From NCBI GenBank assembly GCA_964016885.1, contig OZ024743.1:138632001-138696000 (forward strand): a DNA stretch of 64,000 nt. The letters run 5' to 3'. Shown here piece after piece: positions 35,501 to 48,200 of the stretch. This stretch comes from Eledone cirrhosa (Eukaryota). The notes under the pieces are model-generated. The model was not told the origin of the DNA and made no database searches. It saw only the letters and a program-made list of their open reading frames with translations. Within the stretch, counting starts at the first letter, position 1; each line of letters opens with the position of its first letter. The position numbers were made by a program, and so were the translations under genes.

Positions 35501-38500
35501 TGTTTGGTGCTTGGTGCTTGGTGTTTGGTGCTTGGTGCTTGGTGCTTGGTGTTTGGTTCTTGGTTCTTGGTGTTTGGTGTTTGGCGTTTGGTGTTTGGTG
35601 GTTGGTGCTTGGTGTTTGGTGCTTGGTGCTTGGTGTTTGGTGCCTGGTGCTTGGTGCTTGGTGCTTGGTGTTTGGTGTTTGGTGCTTGGTGCTTGGTGCT
35701 TGGAGTTTGGTGTTTGGTGCTTGGTGCTTTGTGTTTTGTGTTTGGTGTTTGGTTTTTGGTGCTTGGTGCTTGGTCATTGGTGTTTGGTGCTGGGTGCTTT
35801 GTGTTTTGTGCTTGGTGCTTGGTGTTTGGTGTTTGCTGCTTGGTGTTTGATGCTTGGTGCTTGGTGCTTGGTGTTTTGTGTTTGGTGCTTGGTTCTTGGT
35901 GTTTGGTGCTTGGTGCTTGGTACTTGGTGTTTGTACTTGGTGCTTGGTGCTTGGTGTTTGGTTCTTGGTTCTTGGTGTTTGGTACTTGGTGCTTGGTGCT
36001 TGATGTTTGGTGTTTGGTGCTTGGTGTTTGGTGCTTGGTACTTGGTGCTTGGTGCTTGCTGTTAGGTGTTTGGTGCTTGGTGCTTGGTGTTTGGTTTTTG
36101 GTGCTTGGTGCTTGGTGTTTGGTGTTTGGTGCTTGCTGCTGGCTGCTTGGTGTCTGATGCTTGGTGATTGGTGCTTGGTGTTTTGTGCTTGGTGTTTGGT
36201 GTTTGGTGCTAGGTGCTTGGTGTTTGGGGCTTGGTGCTTGGTGCTTGGTGTTTGGTGTTTGGTGTTAGGTGCTTGATGCTTCGTGTTTGGTGCTTGGTGC
36301 TGAGTGGTTGGTGTTTAGTGCTTGGTGTTTGGTGCTGGGTGCTTGGTGTTTGGTGCTTGGTGCTTGGTCTTTGGTGCTTGGTGTTTGGTGTTTGGTGCTT
36401 GGTGCTTGGTCCTTGGTGTTTGGTGCTTGGTGCTTGGTGTTTGGTGCTTGGTGCTTAGTGTTTGGTGCTTGGTGCTTAGTGTTTGGTGCTAGGTGCTTGG
36501 TGTTTGGTGCTTGGTGCTTGGTGTTTGGTGCCTGGTGCTTGGTGTTTGGTGTTTGGTGTTTGGTGCTTGGTGCTTGGTGTTTGGTGTTTGCTGTTTGCTG
36601 TTTGGTGCTTGTTGTTTGGTGTTTGTTGTTTGGTGTTTGCTGTTTGGTGTTTGGTGTTTGCTTTTTGGTGTTTGGTGTTTGCTGTATGTTGTTTGCTGTT
36701 TGGTGTTTGGTGTTTGGTGTTTGGTGCTTGGTGCTTGCTGCTGGCTGCTTGGTGCTTGGTGTTTGGTGCCTGGTGCTTGGTGCTTGGTGCTTGGTGTTTG
36801 GTGCTTGGTGCTTGGTGCTTGGAGTTTGGTGTTTGGTGCTTGGTGCTTGGTATTTCGTGTTTCGTGTTTGGTTTTTGGTGCTTGGTGCTTGGTGCTTGGT
36901 CCTTGGTGTTTGGTGCTGGGTGCTTGGTGTTTGGTGCTTGGTGCTTGGTCTTTGGTGCTTTGTGTTTGGTACTTGGTGCTTGGTGTTTGGTGCTTGGTGC
37001 TTGGTGTTTGGTGCTTGGTGCTTGGTGTTTGGTTTTTGGTGCTTGGTGTTTGGTGTTTGGTGTTTGGTGCTTGCTGCTGGCTGCTTGGTGTTTGATGCAT
37101 GGTGATTTGTGCTTGGTGTTTGGTGCTTGGTGTTTGGTGTTTGATGCTTGGTGCTTGGTGTTTGGTGTTTGATGCTTGGTGCTTGGTGCTTGGTGCTTGG
37201 TGCTTGGTGTTTGGTGCTTGGTGTTTGGTGTTTGGTGCTTGGTGATTGGTGTTTCTACTTGGTGCTTGGTGCTTGGTTCTTGGTATTTGGTGCTTGGTGC
37301 TTGGTGTTTGTACTTGGTGCTTGGTGCTTGGTGCTTGGTGTTTGGTGCTTGGTATTTGGTGCTTGGTGCTTGGTGCTTGGTCCTTGGTGCTTGTTGTTTG
37401 GTGGTTGGTGTTTGGTGGTTGGTGTTAGGTGTTTGGTGGTTGGTGCTTGGTGTTTGGTGTTTGGTGCTTGGTGTTTGGTGTTTGGTGCTTGGTGTTTGGT
37501 GCTTGGTACTTGGTGCTTGGTGCTTGGTGTTAGGTGTTTGGTGCTTGGTGTTTGGTGCTTGGTGTTTGGTGCTTGGTGCTTGGTGCTTGGTGCTTGGTGT
37601 TTGGTGGTTGGTGTTTGGTGCTTGGTGTTTGGTGCTTGGTGTTACGTGTTTGGTGCTTGGTGCTTGGTGTTTGGTGTTTGGTGCTTGGTGTTTGGTGTTT
37701 GGTGCTTGGTGTTTGGTGCTTTTTGCTTGGTGCTTGGTGTTTGGTGTTTGGTGCTTGGTGTTTGATGCTTGGTGCTTGGTGCTTGGTGTTTGGTGTTTGG
37801 TGCTGGGTGTTTGGTGCTTGGTGCTTGGTGTTTGGTGCTTGGTGTTTGGTGCTTGGTGTTTGGTGCTTGGTGCTTGGTGCTTGGTGCTTGGTGTTTGGTG
37901 TTTGGTGCTTGGTGTTTGGTGCTTGGTACTTGGTGCTTGGTGCTTGGTGTTAGGTGTTTGGTACTTGGTGCTTGGTGTCTGGTTTTTGGTGCTTGGTGCT
38001 TGGTGTTTGGTGCTTGCTGCTGGCTGCTTGGTGTTTGGTGCTTGGTGATTGGTGCTTGGTGTTTGGTGTTTGGTGCTAGGTGCTTGGTGTTTGGTGCTTG
38101 GTGCTTGGTGTTTGGTGCTTGGTGCTTGGTGTTTGGTGCTTGGTGTTTGGTGCTTGGTGTTTGGTGCTTGGTGCTTGGTGCTTGGTGCTTGGTGCTTGGT
38201 GTTTGGTGCTTGGTGTTTGGTGCTTGGTGTTAGGTGTTTGGTGCTTGGTGCTTGGTGTTTGGTGTTTGGTGCTTGGTGTTTGGTGTTTGGTGTTATATGC
38301 TTGGTGTTTGATGCTTGGTGCTTGGTGCTTGGTGTTTGGTGCTTGGTGTTTGATGCTTGGTGCTTGGTGCTTGGTGTTTGGTGTTTGGTGCTTGGTGTTT
38401 GTACTTGGTGCTTGGTGCTTGGTTCTTGGTGTTTGGTTCTTGGTGTTTGGTGTTTGGTGCTTGGTGTTTGGTGTTTGGTGTTATATGCTTGGTGTTTGAT

Positions 38501-41500
38501 GCTTGGTGCTTGGTGCTTGGTGTTTGGTGCTTGGTGTTAGATGCTTGGTGCTTGGTGCTTGGTGTTTGGTGCTTGGTGCTTGGTGTTTGTACTTGGTGCT
38601 TGGTGCTTGGTTCTTGGTGTTTGGTGCTTGGTGCTTGGTGTTTGGTGCTTGGTGCTTGGTGTTTGGTGCTTGGTGTTTGGTGCTTGGTGTTTGGTGCTTG
38701 GTGCTTGGTGCTTAGTGCTTGGTGTTTGGTGCTTGGTGTTAGGTGTTTGGTGCTTGGTGCTTGGTGTTTGGTGTTTGGTGCTTGGTGTTTGTGCTTGGTG
38801 TTTGGTGTTAGGTGTTTGGTGCTTGGTGTTTGGTGTTTGGTTCTTGGTGTTTGGTGCTTGGTGTTTGGTGCTTGGTGTTTGGTGCTTGGTACTTGGTGCT
38901 TGGTGCTTCGTGTTAGGTGTTTGGTGCTTGGTGCTTGGTGTTTGGTTTTTGGTGCTTGGTGCTTGGTGTTTGGTGTTTGGTGCTTGCTGCTGGCTGCTTG
39001 GTGTTTGATGCTTGGTGATTGGTGCTTGGTGTTTTGTGCTTGGTGTTTGGTGTTTGGTGCTAGGTGCTTGGTGTTTGGTGCTTGGTGCTTGGTGCTTGGT
39101 GTTTGGTGTTTGGTTTTAGGTGCTTGGTGCTTGGTGTTTGGTGCTTGGTGCTGGGTGGTTGGTGTTTAGTGCTTGGTGTTTGGTGCTGGGTGCTTGGTGT
39201 TTGGTGCTTGGTGCTTGGTCTTTGGTGCTTGGTGTTTGGTGTTTGGTGCTTGGTGCTTGGTGCTTGGTGTTTGGTGCTTGCTGCTTGGTGTTTGGTGCTT
39301 GGTGCTTAGTGTTTGGTGCTTGGTGCTTAGTGTTTGGTGTTTGGTGCTTGGTGCTTGGTGTTTGGTGCTTACTGTTTGGTGCTTGGTGCTTGGTGTTTGG
39401 TGTTTGCTGTTTGCTGTTTAGTGTTTGTTGTTTGGTGTTTGTTGTTTGGTGTTTGCTGTTTGGTGTTTGGTGTTTGCTTTTTGGTGTTTGGTGTTTGCTG
39501 TATGTTGTTTGGTGTTTGGTGTTTGCTGTTTGGTATTTGGTGCTTGTTGCTTGGTGTTTGGTGCTTGGTGCTTGGTGTTTGGTGCCTGGTGCTTGGTGCT
39601 TGGTGCTTTGTGTTTGGTGTTTGGTGCTTGGTGCTTGGAGTTTTTGTGTTTGGTGCTTGGTGCTTGGTGTTTCGTGTTTAGTGTTTGGTTTTTGGTGCTT
39701 GGTGCTTGGTGCTTGGTCCTCGGTGTTTGGTGCTGGGTGCATTGTTTTTGGTGCTTGGTGCTTGGTGCTTGGTGTTTGGTGTTTGCTGCTTGGTGTTTGA
39801 TGCTTGGTGCTTGGTGGTTGGTGTTTTGTGTTTGGTGCTTGGTGCTTGGTGTTTGGTGCTTGGTGCTTGGTGCTTGGTGTTTGTGCTTGGTGCTTGGTGA
39901 TTGGTGTTTGGTTCTTGGTTCTTGGTGTTTGGTGTTTGGCGTTTGGTGTTTGGTGCTTGGTGCTTGGTGTTTGGTGCTTGGTGCTTGGTGTTTGGTGCCT
40001 GGTGCTTGGTGCTTGGTGCTTGGTGTTTGGTGTTTGGTGCTTGGTGCTTGGTGCTTGGAGTTTGGTGTTTGGTGCTTGGTGCTTTGTGTTTTGTGTTTGG
40101 TGTTTGGTTTTTGGTGCTTGGTGCTTGGTCCTTGGTCCTTGGTGTTTGGTGCTGGGTGCTTTGTGTTTTGTGCTTGGTGCTTGGTGTTTGGTGTTTGCTG
40201 CTTGGTGTTTGATGCTTGGTGCTTGGTGCTTGGTGTTTTGTTTTTGGTGCTTGGTTCTTGGTGTTTGGTGCTTGGTGCTTGGTACTTGGTGTTTGTACTT
40301 GGTGCTTGGTGCTTGGTGTTTGGTTCTTGGTTCTTGGTGTTTGGTACTTGGTGCTTGGTGCTTGATGTTTGGTGTTTGGTGTTAGGTGTTTGGTGCTTGG
40401 TGCTTGGTGTTTGGTTTTTGGTGCTTGGTGCTTGGTGTTTGGTGTTTGGTCCTTGCTGCTGGCTGCTTGGTGTTTGATGCTTGGTGATTGGTGCTTGTTG
40501 TTTTGTGCTTGGTGTTTGGTGTTTGGTGCTAGGTGCTTGGTGTTTGGTGCTTGGTGCTTGGTGCTTGGTGTTTGGTGTTTGGTGTTAGGTGCTTGATGCT
40601 TGGTGTTTGGTGCTTGGTGCTGGGTGGTTGGTGTTTAGTGCTTGGTGTTTGGTGCTGGGTGCTTGGTGTTTGGTGCTTGGTGCTTGGTCTTTGGTGCTTG
40701 GTGTTTGGTGTTTGGTGCTTGGTGCTTGGTGCTTGGTGTTTGGTGCTTGGTGCTTGGTGTTTGGTGCTTGGTGCTTAGTGTTTGGTGCTTGGTGCTTAGT
40801 GTTTGGTGCTAGGTGCTTGGTGTTTGGTGCTTGGTGCTTGGTGTGTGGTGCCTGGTGCTTGGTGTTTGGTGTTTGGTGTTTGGTGCTTGGTGCTTGGTGT
40901 TTGGTGTTTGCTGTTTGCTGTTTGGTGTTTGTTGTTTGGTGTTTGTTGTTTGGTGTTTGCTGTTTGGTGTTTGGTGTTTGCTTTTTGGTGTTTGGTGTTT
41001 GCTGTATGTTGTTTGCTGTTTGGTGTTTGGTGTTTGGTTTCTGGTGCTTGGTGCTTGCTGCTGGCTGCTTGGTGTTTGATGCATGGTGATTTGTGCTTGG
41101 TGTTTGGTGCTTGGTGTTTGGTGTTTGATGCTTGGTGCTTGGTGTTTGGTGTTTGATGCTTGGTGCTTGGTGCTTGGTGCTTGGTGCTTGGTGTTTGGTG
41201 CTTGGTGTTTGGTGTTTGGTGCTTGGTTATTGGTGTTTCTACTTGGTGCTTGGTGCTTGGTTCTTGGTATTTGGTGCTTGGTGCTTGGTGTTTGGTGTTA
41301 TATGCTTGGTGTTTGATGCTTGGTGCTTGGTGCTTGGTGATTGGTGTTTGGTGTTTGATGCTTGGTGCTTGGTGTTTGGTGCTTGGTGCTTGGTGTTTGT
41401 ACTTGGTGCTTGGTGCTTGGTGCTTGGTGTTTGGTGCTTGGTATTTGGTGCTTGGTGCTTGGTGCTTGGTCCTTGGTGCTTGGTGTTTGGTGGTTGGTGT

Positions 41501-44500
41501 TTGGTGGTTGGTGTTAGGTGTTTGGTGCTTGGTGCTTGGTGTTTGGTGTTTGGTGCTTGGTGTTTGGTGTTTGGTGCTTGGTGTTTGGTGCTTGGTACTT
41601 GGTGCTTGGTGATTGGTGTTAGGTGTTTGGTGCTTGGTGTTTGGTGCATGGTGTTTGGTGCTTGGTGCTTGGTGCTTGGAGTTTGGTGTTTGGTGCTTGG
41701 TGCTTTGTGTTTTGTGTTTGGTGTTTGGTTTTTGGTGCTTGGTGCTTGGTCCTTGGTGTTTGGTGCTGGGTGCTTTGTGTTTTGTGCTTGGTGCTTGGTG
41801 TTTGGTGTTTGCTGCTTGGTGTTTGATGCTTGGTGCTTGGTGCTTGGTGTTTTGTTTTTGGTGCTTGGTTCTTGGTGTTTGGTGCTTGGTGCTTGGTACT
41901 TGGTGTTTGTACTTGGTGCTTGGTGCTTGGTGTTTGGTTCTTGGTTCTTGGTGTTTGGTACTTGGTGCTTGGTGCTTGATGTTTGGTGTTTGGTGCTTGG
42001 TGTTTGGTGCTTGGTACTTGGTGCTTGGTGCTTGGTGTTAGGTGTTTGGTGCTTGGTGCTTGGTGTTTGGTTTTTGGTGCTTGGTGCTTGGTGTTTGGTG
42101 TTTGGTCCTTGCTGCTGGCTGCTTGGTGTTTGATGCTTGGTGATTGGTGCTTGTTGTTTTGTGCTTGGTGTTTGGTGTTTGGTGTTAGGTGCTTGGTGTT
42201 TGGTGCTTGGTGCTTGGTGCTTGGTGTTTGGTGTTTGGTGTTAGGTGCTTGATGCTTGGTGTTTGGTGCTTGGTGCTGGGTGGTTGGTGTTTAGTGCTTG
42301 GTGTTTGGTGCTGGGTGCTTGGTGTTTGGTGCTTGGTGCTTGGTCTTTGGTGCTTGGTGTTTGGTGTTTGGTGCTTGGTGCTTGGTGCTTGGTGTTTGGT
42401 GCTTGGTGCTTGGTGTTTGGTGCTTGGTGCTTAGTGTTTGGTGCTTGGTGCTTGGAGATTGGTGTTTGGTGCTTGGTGCTTGGTGTTTCGTGTTTCGTGT
42501 TTGGTTTTTGGTGCTTGGTGCTTGGTGCTTGGTGCTTGGTGTTTGGTGCTGGGTGCATTGTGTTTGGTGCTTGGTGCTTGGTGCTTGGTGTTTGGTGTTT
42601 GCTGCTTGGTGTTTGATGCTTGGTGCTTGGTGGTTGGTGTTTTGTGTTTGGTGCTTGGTGCTTGGTGTTTGGTGCTTGGTGCTTGGTGCTTGGTGTTTGT
42701 ACTTGGTGCTTGGTGATTGGTGTTTGGTTCTTGGTTCTTGGTGTTTGGTGTTTGGCGTTTGGTGTTTGGTGCTTGGTGCTTGGTGTTTGGTGCTTGGTGC
42801 TTGGTGTTTGGTGCCTGGTGCTTGGTGCTTGGTGCTTGGTGTTTGGTGTTTGGTGCTTGGTGCTTGGTGCTTGGAGTTTGGTGTTTGGTGCTTGGTGCTT
42901 TGTATTTTGTGTTTGGTGTTTGGTTTTTGGTGCTTGGTGCTTGGTCCTTGGTGTTTGGTGCTGGGTGCTTTGTGTTTTGTGCTTGGTGCTTGGTGTTTGG
43001 TGTTTGCTGCTTGGTGTTTGATGCTTGGTGCTTGGTGCTTGGTGTTTTGTTTTTGGTGCTTGGTTCTTGGTGTTTGGTGCTTGGTGCTTGGTACTTGGTG
43101 TTTGTACTTGGTGCTTGGTGCTTGGTGTTTGGTTCTTGGTTCTTGGTGTTTGGTACTTGGTGCTTGGTGCTTGATGTTTGGTGTTTGGTGCTTGGTGTTT
43201 GGTGCTTGGTACTTGGTGCTTGGTGCTTGGTGTTAGGTGTTTGGTGCTTGGTGCTTGGTGTTTGGTTTTTGGTGCTTGGTGCTTGGTGTTTGGTGTTTGG
43301 TGCTTGCTGCTGGCTGCTTGGTGTTTGATGCTTGGTGATTGGTGCTTGGTGTTTTGTGCTTGGTGTTTGGTGTTTGGTGCTAGGTGCTTGGTGTTTGGTG
43401 CTTGGTGCTTGGTGCTTGGTGTTTGGTGTTTGGTGTTAGGTGCTTGATGCTTGGTGTTTGGTGCTTGGTGCTGGGTGGTTGGTGTTTAGTGCTTGGTGTT
43501 TGGTGCTGGGTGCTTGGTGTTTGGTGCTTGGTGCTTGGTCTTTGGTGCTTGGTGTTTGGTGTTTGGTGCTTGGTGCTTGGTGCTTGGTGTTTGGTGCTTG
43601 GTGCTTGGTGTTTGGTGCTTGGTGCTTAGTGTTAGGTGCTTGGTGCTTAGTGTTTGGTGCTAGGTGCTTGGTGTTTGGTGCTTGGTGCTTGGTGTGTGGT
43701 GCCTGGTGCTTGGTGTTTGGTGTTTGGTGTTTGGTGCTTGGTGCTTGGTGTTTGGTGCCTGGTGCTTGGTGCTTGGTGCTTGGTGTTTGGTGTTTGGTGC
43801 TTGGTGCTTGGAGTTTGGTGTTTGGTGCTTGGTGCTTGGTGTTTCGTGTTTCGTGTTTGGTTTTTGGTGCTTGGTGCTTGGTGCTTGGTGCTTGGTGTTT
43901 GGTGCTGGGTGCATTGTGTTTGGTGCTTGGTGCTTGGTGCTTGGTGTTTGGTGTTTGCTGCTTGGTGTTTGATGCTTGGTGCTTGGTGCTTGGTGTTTTG
44001 TGTTTGGTGCTTGGTGCTTGGTGTTTGGTGCTTGGTGCTTGGTGCTTGGTGTTTGTACTTGGTGCTTGGTGTTTGGTTCTTGGTTCTTGGTGTTTGGTGT
44101 TTGGCGTTTGGTGTTTGGTGCTTGGTGCTTGGTGTTTGGTGCTTGGTGCTTGGTGTTTGGTGCCTGGTGCTTGGTGCTTGGTGCTTGGTGTTTGGTGTTT
44201 GGTGCTTGGTGCTTGGTGCTTGGAGTTTGGTGTTTGGTGCTTGGTGCTTTGTGTTTTGTGTTTGGTGTTTGGTTTTTGGTGCTTGGTGCTTGGTCCTTGG
44301 TGTTTGGTGCTGGGTGCTTTGTGTTTGGTGCTTGGTGCTTGGTGTTTGGTGTTTGCTGCTTGGTGTTTGATGCTTGGTGCTTGGTGCTTGGTGTTTTGTG
44401 TTTGGTGCTTGGTGTTTGTACTTGGTGCTTGGTGCTTGGTGTTTGGTTCTTGGTTCTTGGTGTTTGGTACTTGGTGCTTGGTGCTTGATGTTTGGTGTTT

Positions 44501-45270
44501 GGTGCTTGGTGTTTGGTGCTTGGTGCTTGGTGCTTGGTGTTAGGTGTTTGGTGCTTGGCCCTTGGTGTTTGGTGCTTGGTGTTTGGTGTTTGCTGTTTGG
44601 TGTTTGGTGTTTGGTGTTTGGTGTTTGCTGTTTGGTGTCTGCTTTTTGGTGTTCAGTGTTTGCTGTATGGTGTTTGGTTTTTGCTGTTTGGTGTTTGGTC
44701 TTTGGTGCTTGGTGTTTGGTGCTTGGTGCTTGGTGTTTGGTGTTTGGTGTTTGGTGCTTGGTGTTTGGTGTTTGGTGCTTGGTGTTTGGTGTTTGGTGCT
44801 TGGTGTCTGGTGCTTGGTGTTTGGTTTTTGGTGCTTGGTGTTTGGTGTTTGGTGTTTGGTGTTTGGTGTTTGGTGCTTGGTGCTTGGTGTTTGGTGTTTC
44901 GTGTTTGGTGCTTGGTGTCTGGTGCTTGGTGTTTGGTGTTTGGTGCTTGGTGTTTGGTGTTTGGTGTTTGGTGCTTGGTGCTTGGTGCGTGGTGTTTGGT
45001 GTTTGGTGCTTGGTGTTTGGTGCTTGGTGCTGGGTGGTTGGTGTTTGGTGCTTGGTGTTTGGTGCTGGGTGCTTGGTGTTTGGTGCTGGGGGCTTGGTGT
45101 TTGGTGCTTGGTGCTTGGTCTTTGGTGCTTGGTGTTTGGTGCTTGGTGCTTGGTGTTTGGTGTTTGGTGCTTGGTGCTTGGTGTTTGGTGCTTCGTGCTT
45201 GGTGTTTGGTTTTTGGTGCTTGGTGCTTGGTGTTTGGTGTTTGGTGCTTGCTGCTGGCTGCTTGGTGTTT
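32530..45270. repeat. Diverged ~4.0-4.5 kb higher-order repeats with internal 1656- and 1195-bp duplications
   Basis: Offsets 33061/37534 (4473), 34758/39064 (4306), 36213/40533 (4320), 37148/41132 (3984), 40533/42189 (1656) and 42189/43384 (1195). Region-specific variants are CTACTT (~32677, 37255, 41239) and GATGCATGGTGATTTGTG. Confidence 0.82.
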
Positions 45271-45272
45271 GA

Positions 45273-48200
45273 TGCATGGTGATTGGTGCTTGGTGTTTGG
45301 TGCTTGGTGTTTGGTGTTTGATGCTTGGTGCTTGGTGTTTGGTGATTGGTGCTTGGTGCTTGGTGCTTGGTGCTTGGTGTTTGGTGCTTGGTGCTTGGTG
45401 TTTGGTGCTTCGTGCTTGGTGTTTGGTTTTTGGTGCTTGGTGTTTGGTGTTTGGTGTTTGGTGCTTGCTGCTGGCTGCTTGGTGTTTGATGCATGGTGAT
45501 TTGTGCTTGGTGTTTGGTGCTTGGTGTTTGGTGTTTGATGCTTGGTGCTTGGTGTTTGGTGTTTGATGCTTGGTGCTTGGTGCTTGGTGCTTGGTGTTTG
45601 GTGCTTGGTGTTTGGTGCTTGGTGATTGGTGTTTGTACTTGGTGCTTGGTGCTTGGTTCTTGGTGTTCGGTGCTTGGTGCTTGGTGTTTGGTGTTATATG
45701 CTTGGTGTTTGATGCTTGGTGCTTGGTGCTTGGTGTTTGGTGTTTGGTGTTTGATGCTTGGTGCTTGGTGTTTGGTGCTTGGTGCTTGGTGTTTGTACTT
45801 GGTGCTTGGTGCTTGGTGCTTGGTGTTTGGTGCTTGGTGTTTGGTGCTTGGTGCTTGGTGCTTGGTCCTTGGTGCTTGGTGTTTGGTGGTTGGTGTTTGG
45901 TGGTTGGTGTTAGGTGTTTGGTGCTTGGTGTTTGGTGTTTGGTGCTTGGTGTTTGGTGCTTGGTACTTGGTGCTTGGTGCTTGGTGTTAGGTGTTTGGTG
46001 CTTGGTGTTTGGTGCTTGGTGTTTGGTGCTTGGTGTTTGGTGCTTGGTGTTTGGTGCTTGGTGTTTGGTGCTTGGTGCTTGGTGCTTGGTGCTTGGTGTT
46101 TGGTGGTTGGTGTTTGGTGCTTGGTGTTTGGTGCTTGGTGTTACGTGTTTGGTGCTTGGTGCTTGGTGTTTGGTGTTTGGTGCTTGGTGTTTGGTGTTTG
46201 GTGCTTGGTGTTTGGTGCTTTTTGCTTGGTGCTTGGTGCTTGGTGTTTGGTGCTGGGTGCTTGGTGCTTGGTGTTTGGTGTTATATGCTTGGTGTTTGAT
46301 GCTTGGTGCTTGGTGCTTGGTGTTGTGTGTTTGGTGCTTGGTGTTTGATGCTTGGTGCTTGGTGCTTGGTATTTGGTGCTTGGTGCTTGGTGTTTGGTGC
46401 TTGGTGCTTGGTGTTTGGTGCTTGGTGTTTGGTGCTTGGTGTTTGGTGCTTGGTGCTTGGTGCTTGGTGCTTGGTGTTTGGTGGTTGGTGCTTGGTGTTA
46501 GTTGTTTGGTGCTTGGTGCTTGGTGTTTGGTGTTTGGTGCTTGCTGTTTGGTGTTTGGTGCTTGGTGTTTGGTGCTTGCTGCTGGCTGCTTGGTGTTTGG
46601 TGCTTGGTGATTGGTGCTTGGTGTTTGGTGTTTGGTGCTAGGTGCTTGGTGTTTGGTGCTTGGTGCTTGGTGTTTGTACTTGGTGCTTGGTGCTTGGTTC
46701 TTGGTGTTTGGTGCTTGGTGCTTGGTGTTTGGTGCTTGGTGCTTGGTGTTTGGTGCTTGGTGTTTGGTGCTTGGTGTTTATTGCTTGGTGCTTGGTGCTT
46801 GGTGTTTGGTGCTTGGTGTTTGGTGCTTGGCGTTAGGTGTTTGGTGCTTGGTGCTTGGTGTTTGGTGTTTGGTGGTTGGTGTTTGGTGCTTGGTGTTTGG
46901 TGCTTGGTGTTTGGTGTTTGGTGTTATATGCTTGGTGTTTGATGCTTGGTGCTTGGTGCTTGGTGTTTGGTGCTTGGTGTTTGATGCTTGGTGCTTGGTG
47001 CTTGGTGTTTGGTGCTTGGTGCTTGGTGTTTGTACTTGGTGCTTGGTGCTTGGTTCTTGGTGTTTGGTGCTTGGTGTTTGGTGTTTGGTGCTTGGTGTTT
47101 GGTGTTTGGTGTTATATGCTTGGTGTTTGATGCTTGGTGCTTGGTGCTTGGTGTTTGGTGCTTGGTGTTTGATGCTTGGTGCTTGGTGCTTGGTGTTTGG
47201 TGCTTGGTGCTTGGTGTTTGTACTTGGTGCTTGGTGCTTGGTTCTTGGTGTTTGGTGCTTGGTGCTTGGTGTTTGGTGCTTGGTGCTTGGTGTTTGGTGC
47301 TTGGTGTTTGGTGCTTGGTGTTTGGTGCTTGGTGCTTGGTGCTTAGTGCTTGGTGTTTGGTGCTTGGTGTTAGGTGTTTGGTTCTTGGTGCTTGGTGTTT
47401 GGTGTTTGGTGCTTGGTGTTTGGTGCTTGGTGTTTGGTGTTAGGTGTCTGGTGCTTGGTGTTTGATGTTTGGTGCTTGGTGTTTGGTGCTTGGTGTTTGG
47501 TGCTTGGTGTTTGGTGCTTGGTACTTGGTGCTTGGTGCTTCGTGTTAGGTGTTTGGTGCTTGGTGCTTGGTGTTTGGTTTTTGGTGCTTGGTGCTTGGTG
47601 TTTGGTGTTTGGTGCTTGCTGCTGGCTGCTTGGTCTTTGATGCTTGGTGATTGGTGCTTTGTGTTTTGTGCTTGGTGTTTGGTGTTTGGTGCTAGGTGCT
47701 TGGTGTTTGGTGCTTGGTGCTTGGTGCTTGATGTTTGGTGTTTGGTGTTAGGTGCTTGGTGCTTGGTGTTTGGTGCTTGGTGCTGGGTGGTTGGTGTTTA
47801 GTGCTTGGTGTTTGGTGCTGGGTGCTTGGTGTTTGGTGCTTGGTGCTTGGTCTTTGGTGCTTGGTGTTTGGTGTTTGGTGCTTGGTGCTTGGTTCTTGGT
47901 GTTTGGTGCTTGGTGCTTGGTGTTTGGTGCTTGGTGCTTAGTGTTTGGTGCTTGGTGCTTAGTGTTTGGTGTTTGGTGCTTGGTGCTTGGTGTTTGGTGC
48001 TTACTGTTTGGTGCTTGGTGCTTGGTGTTTGGTGTTTGCTGTTTGCTGTTTGGTGTTTGTTGTTTGGTGTTTGTTGTTTGGTGTTTGCTGTTTGGTGTTT
48101 GGTGTTTGCTTTTTGGTGTTTGGTGTTTGCTGTATGTTGTTTGCTGTTTGGTGTTTGGTGTTTGGTGTTTGGTGTTTGGTGCTTGTTGCTTGGTGTTTGG

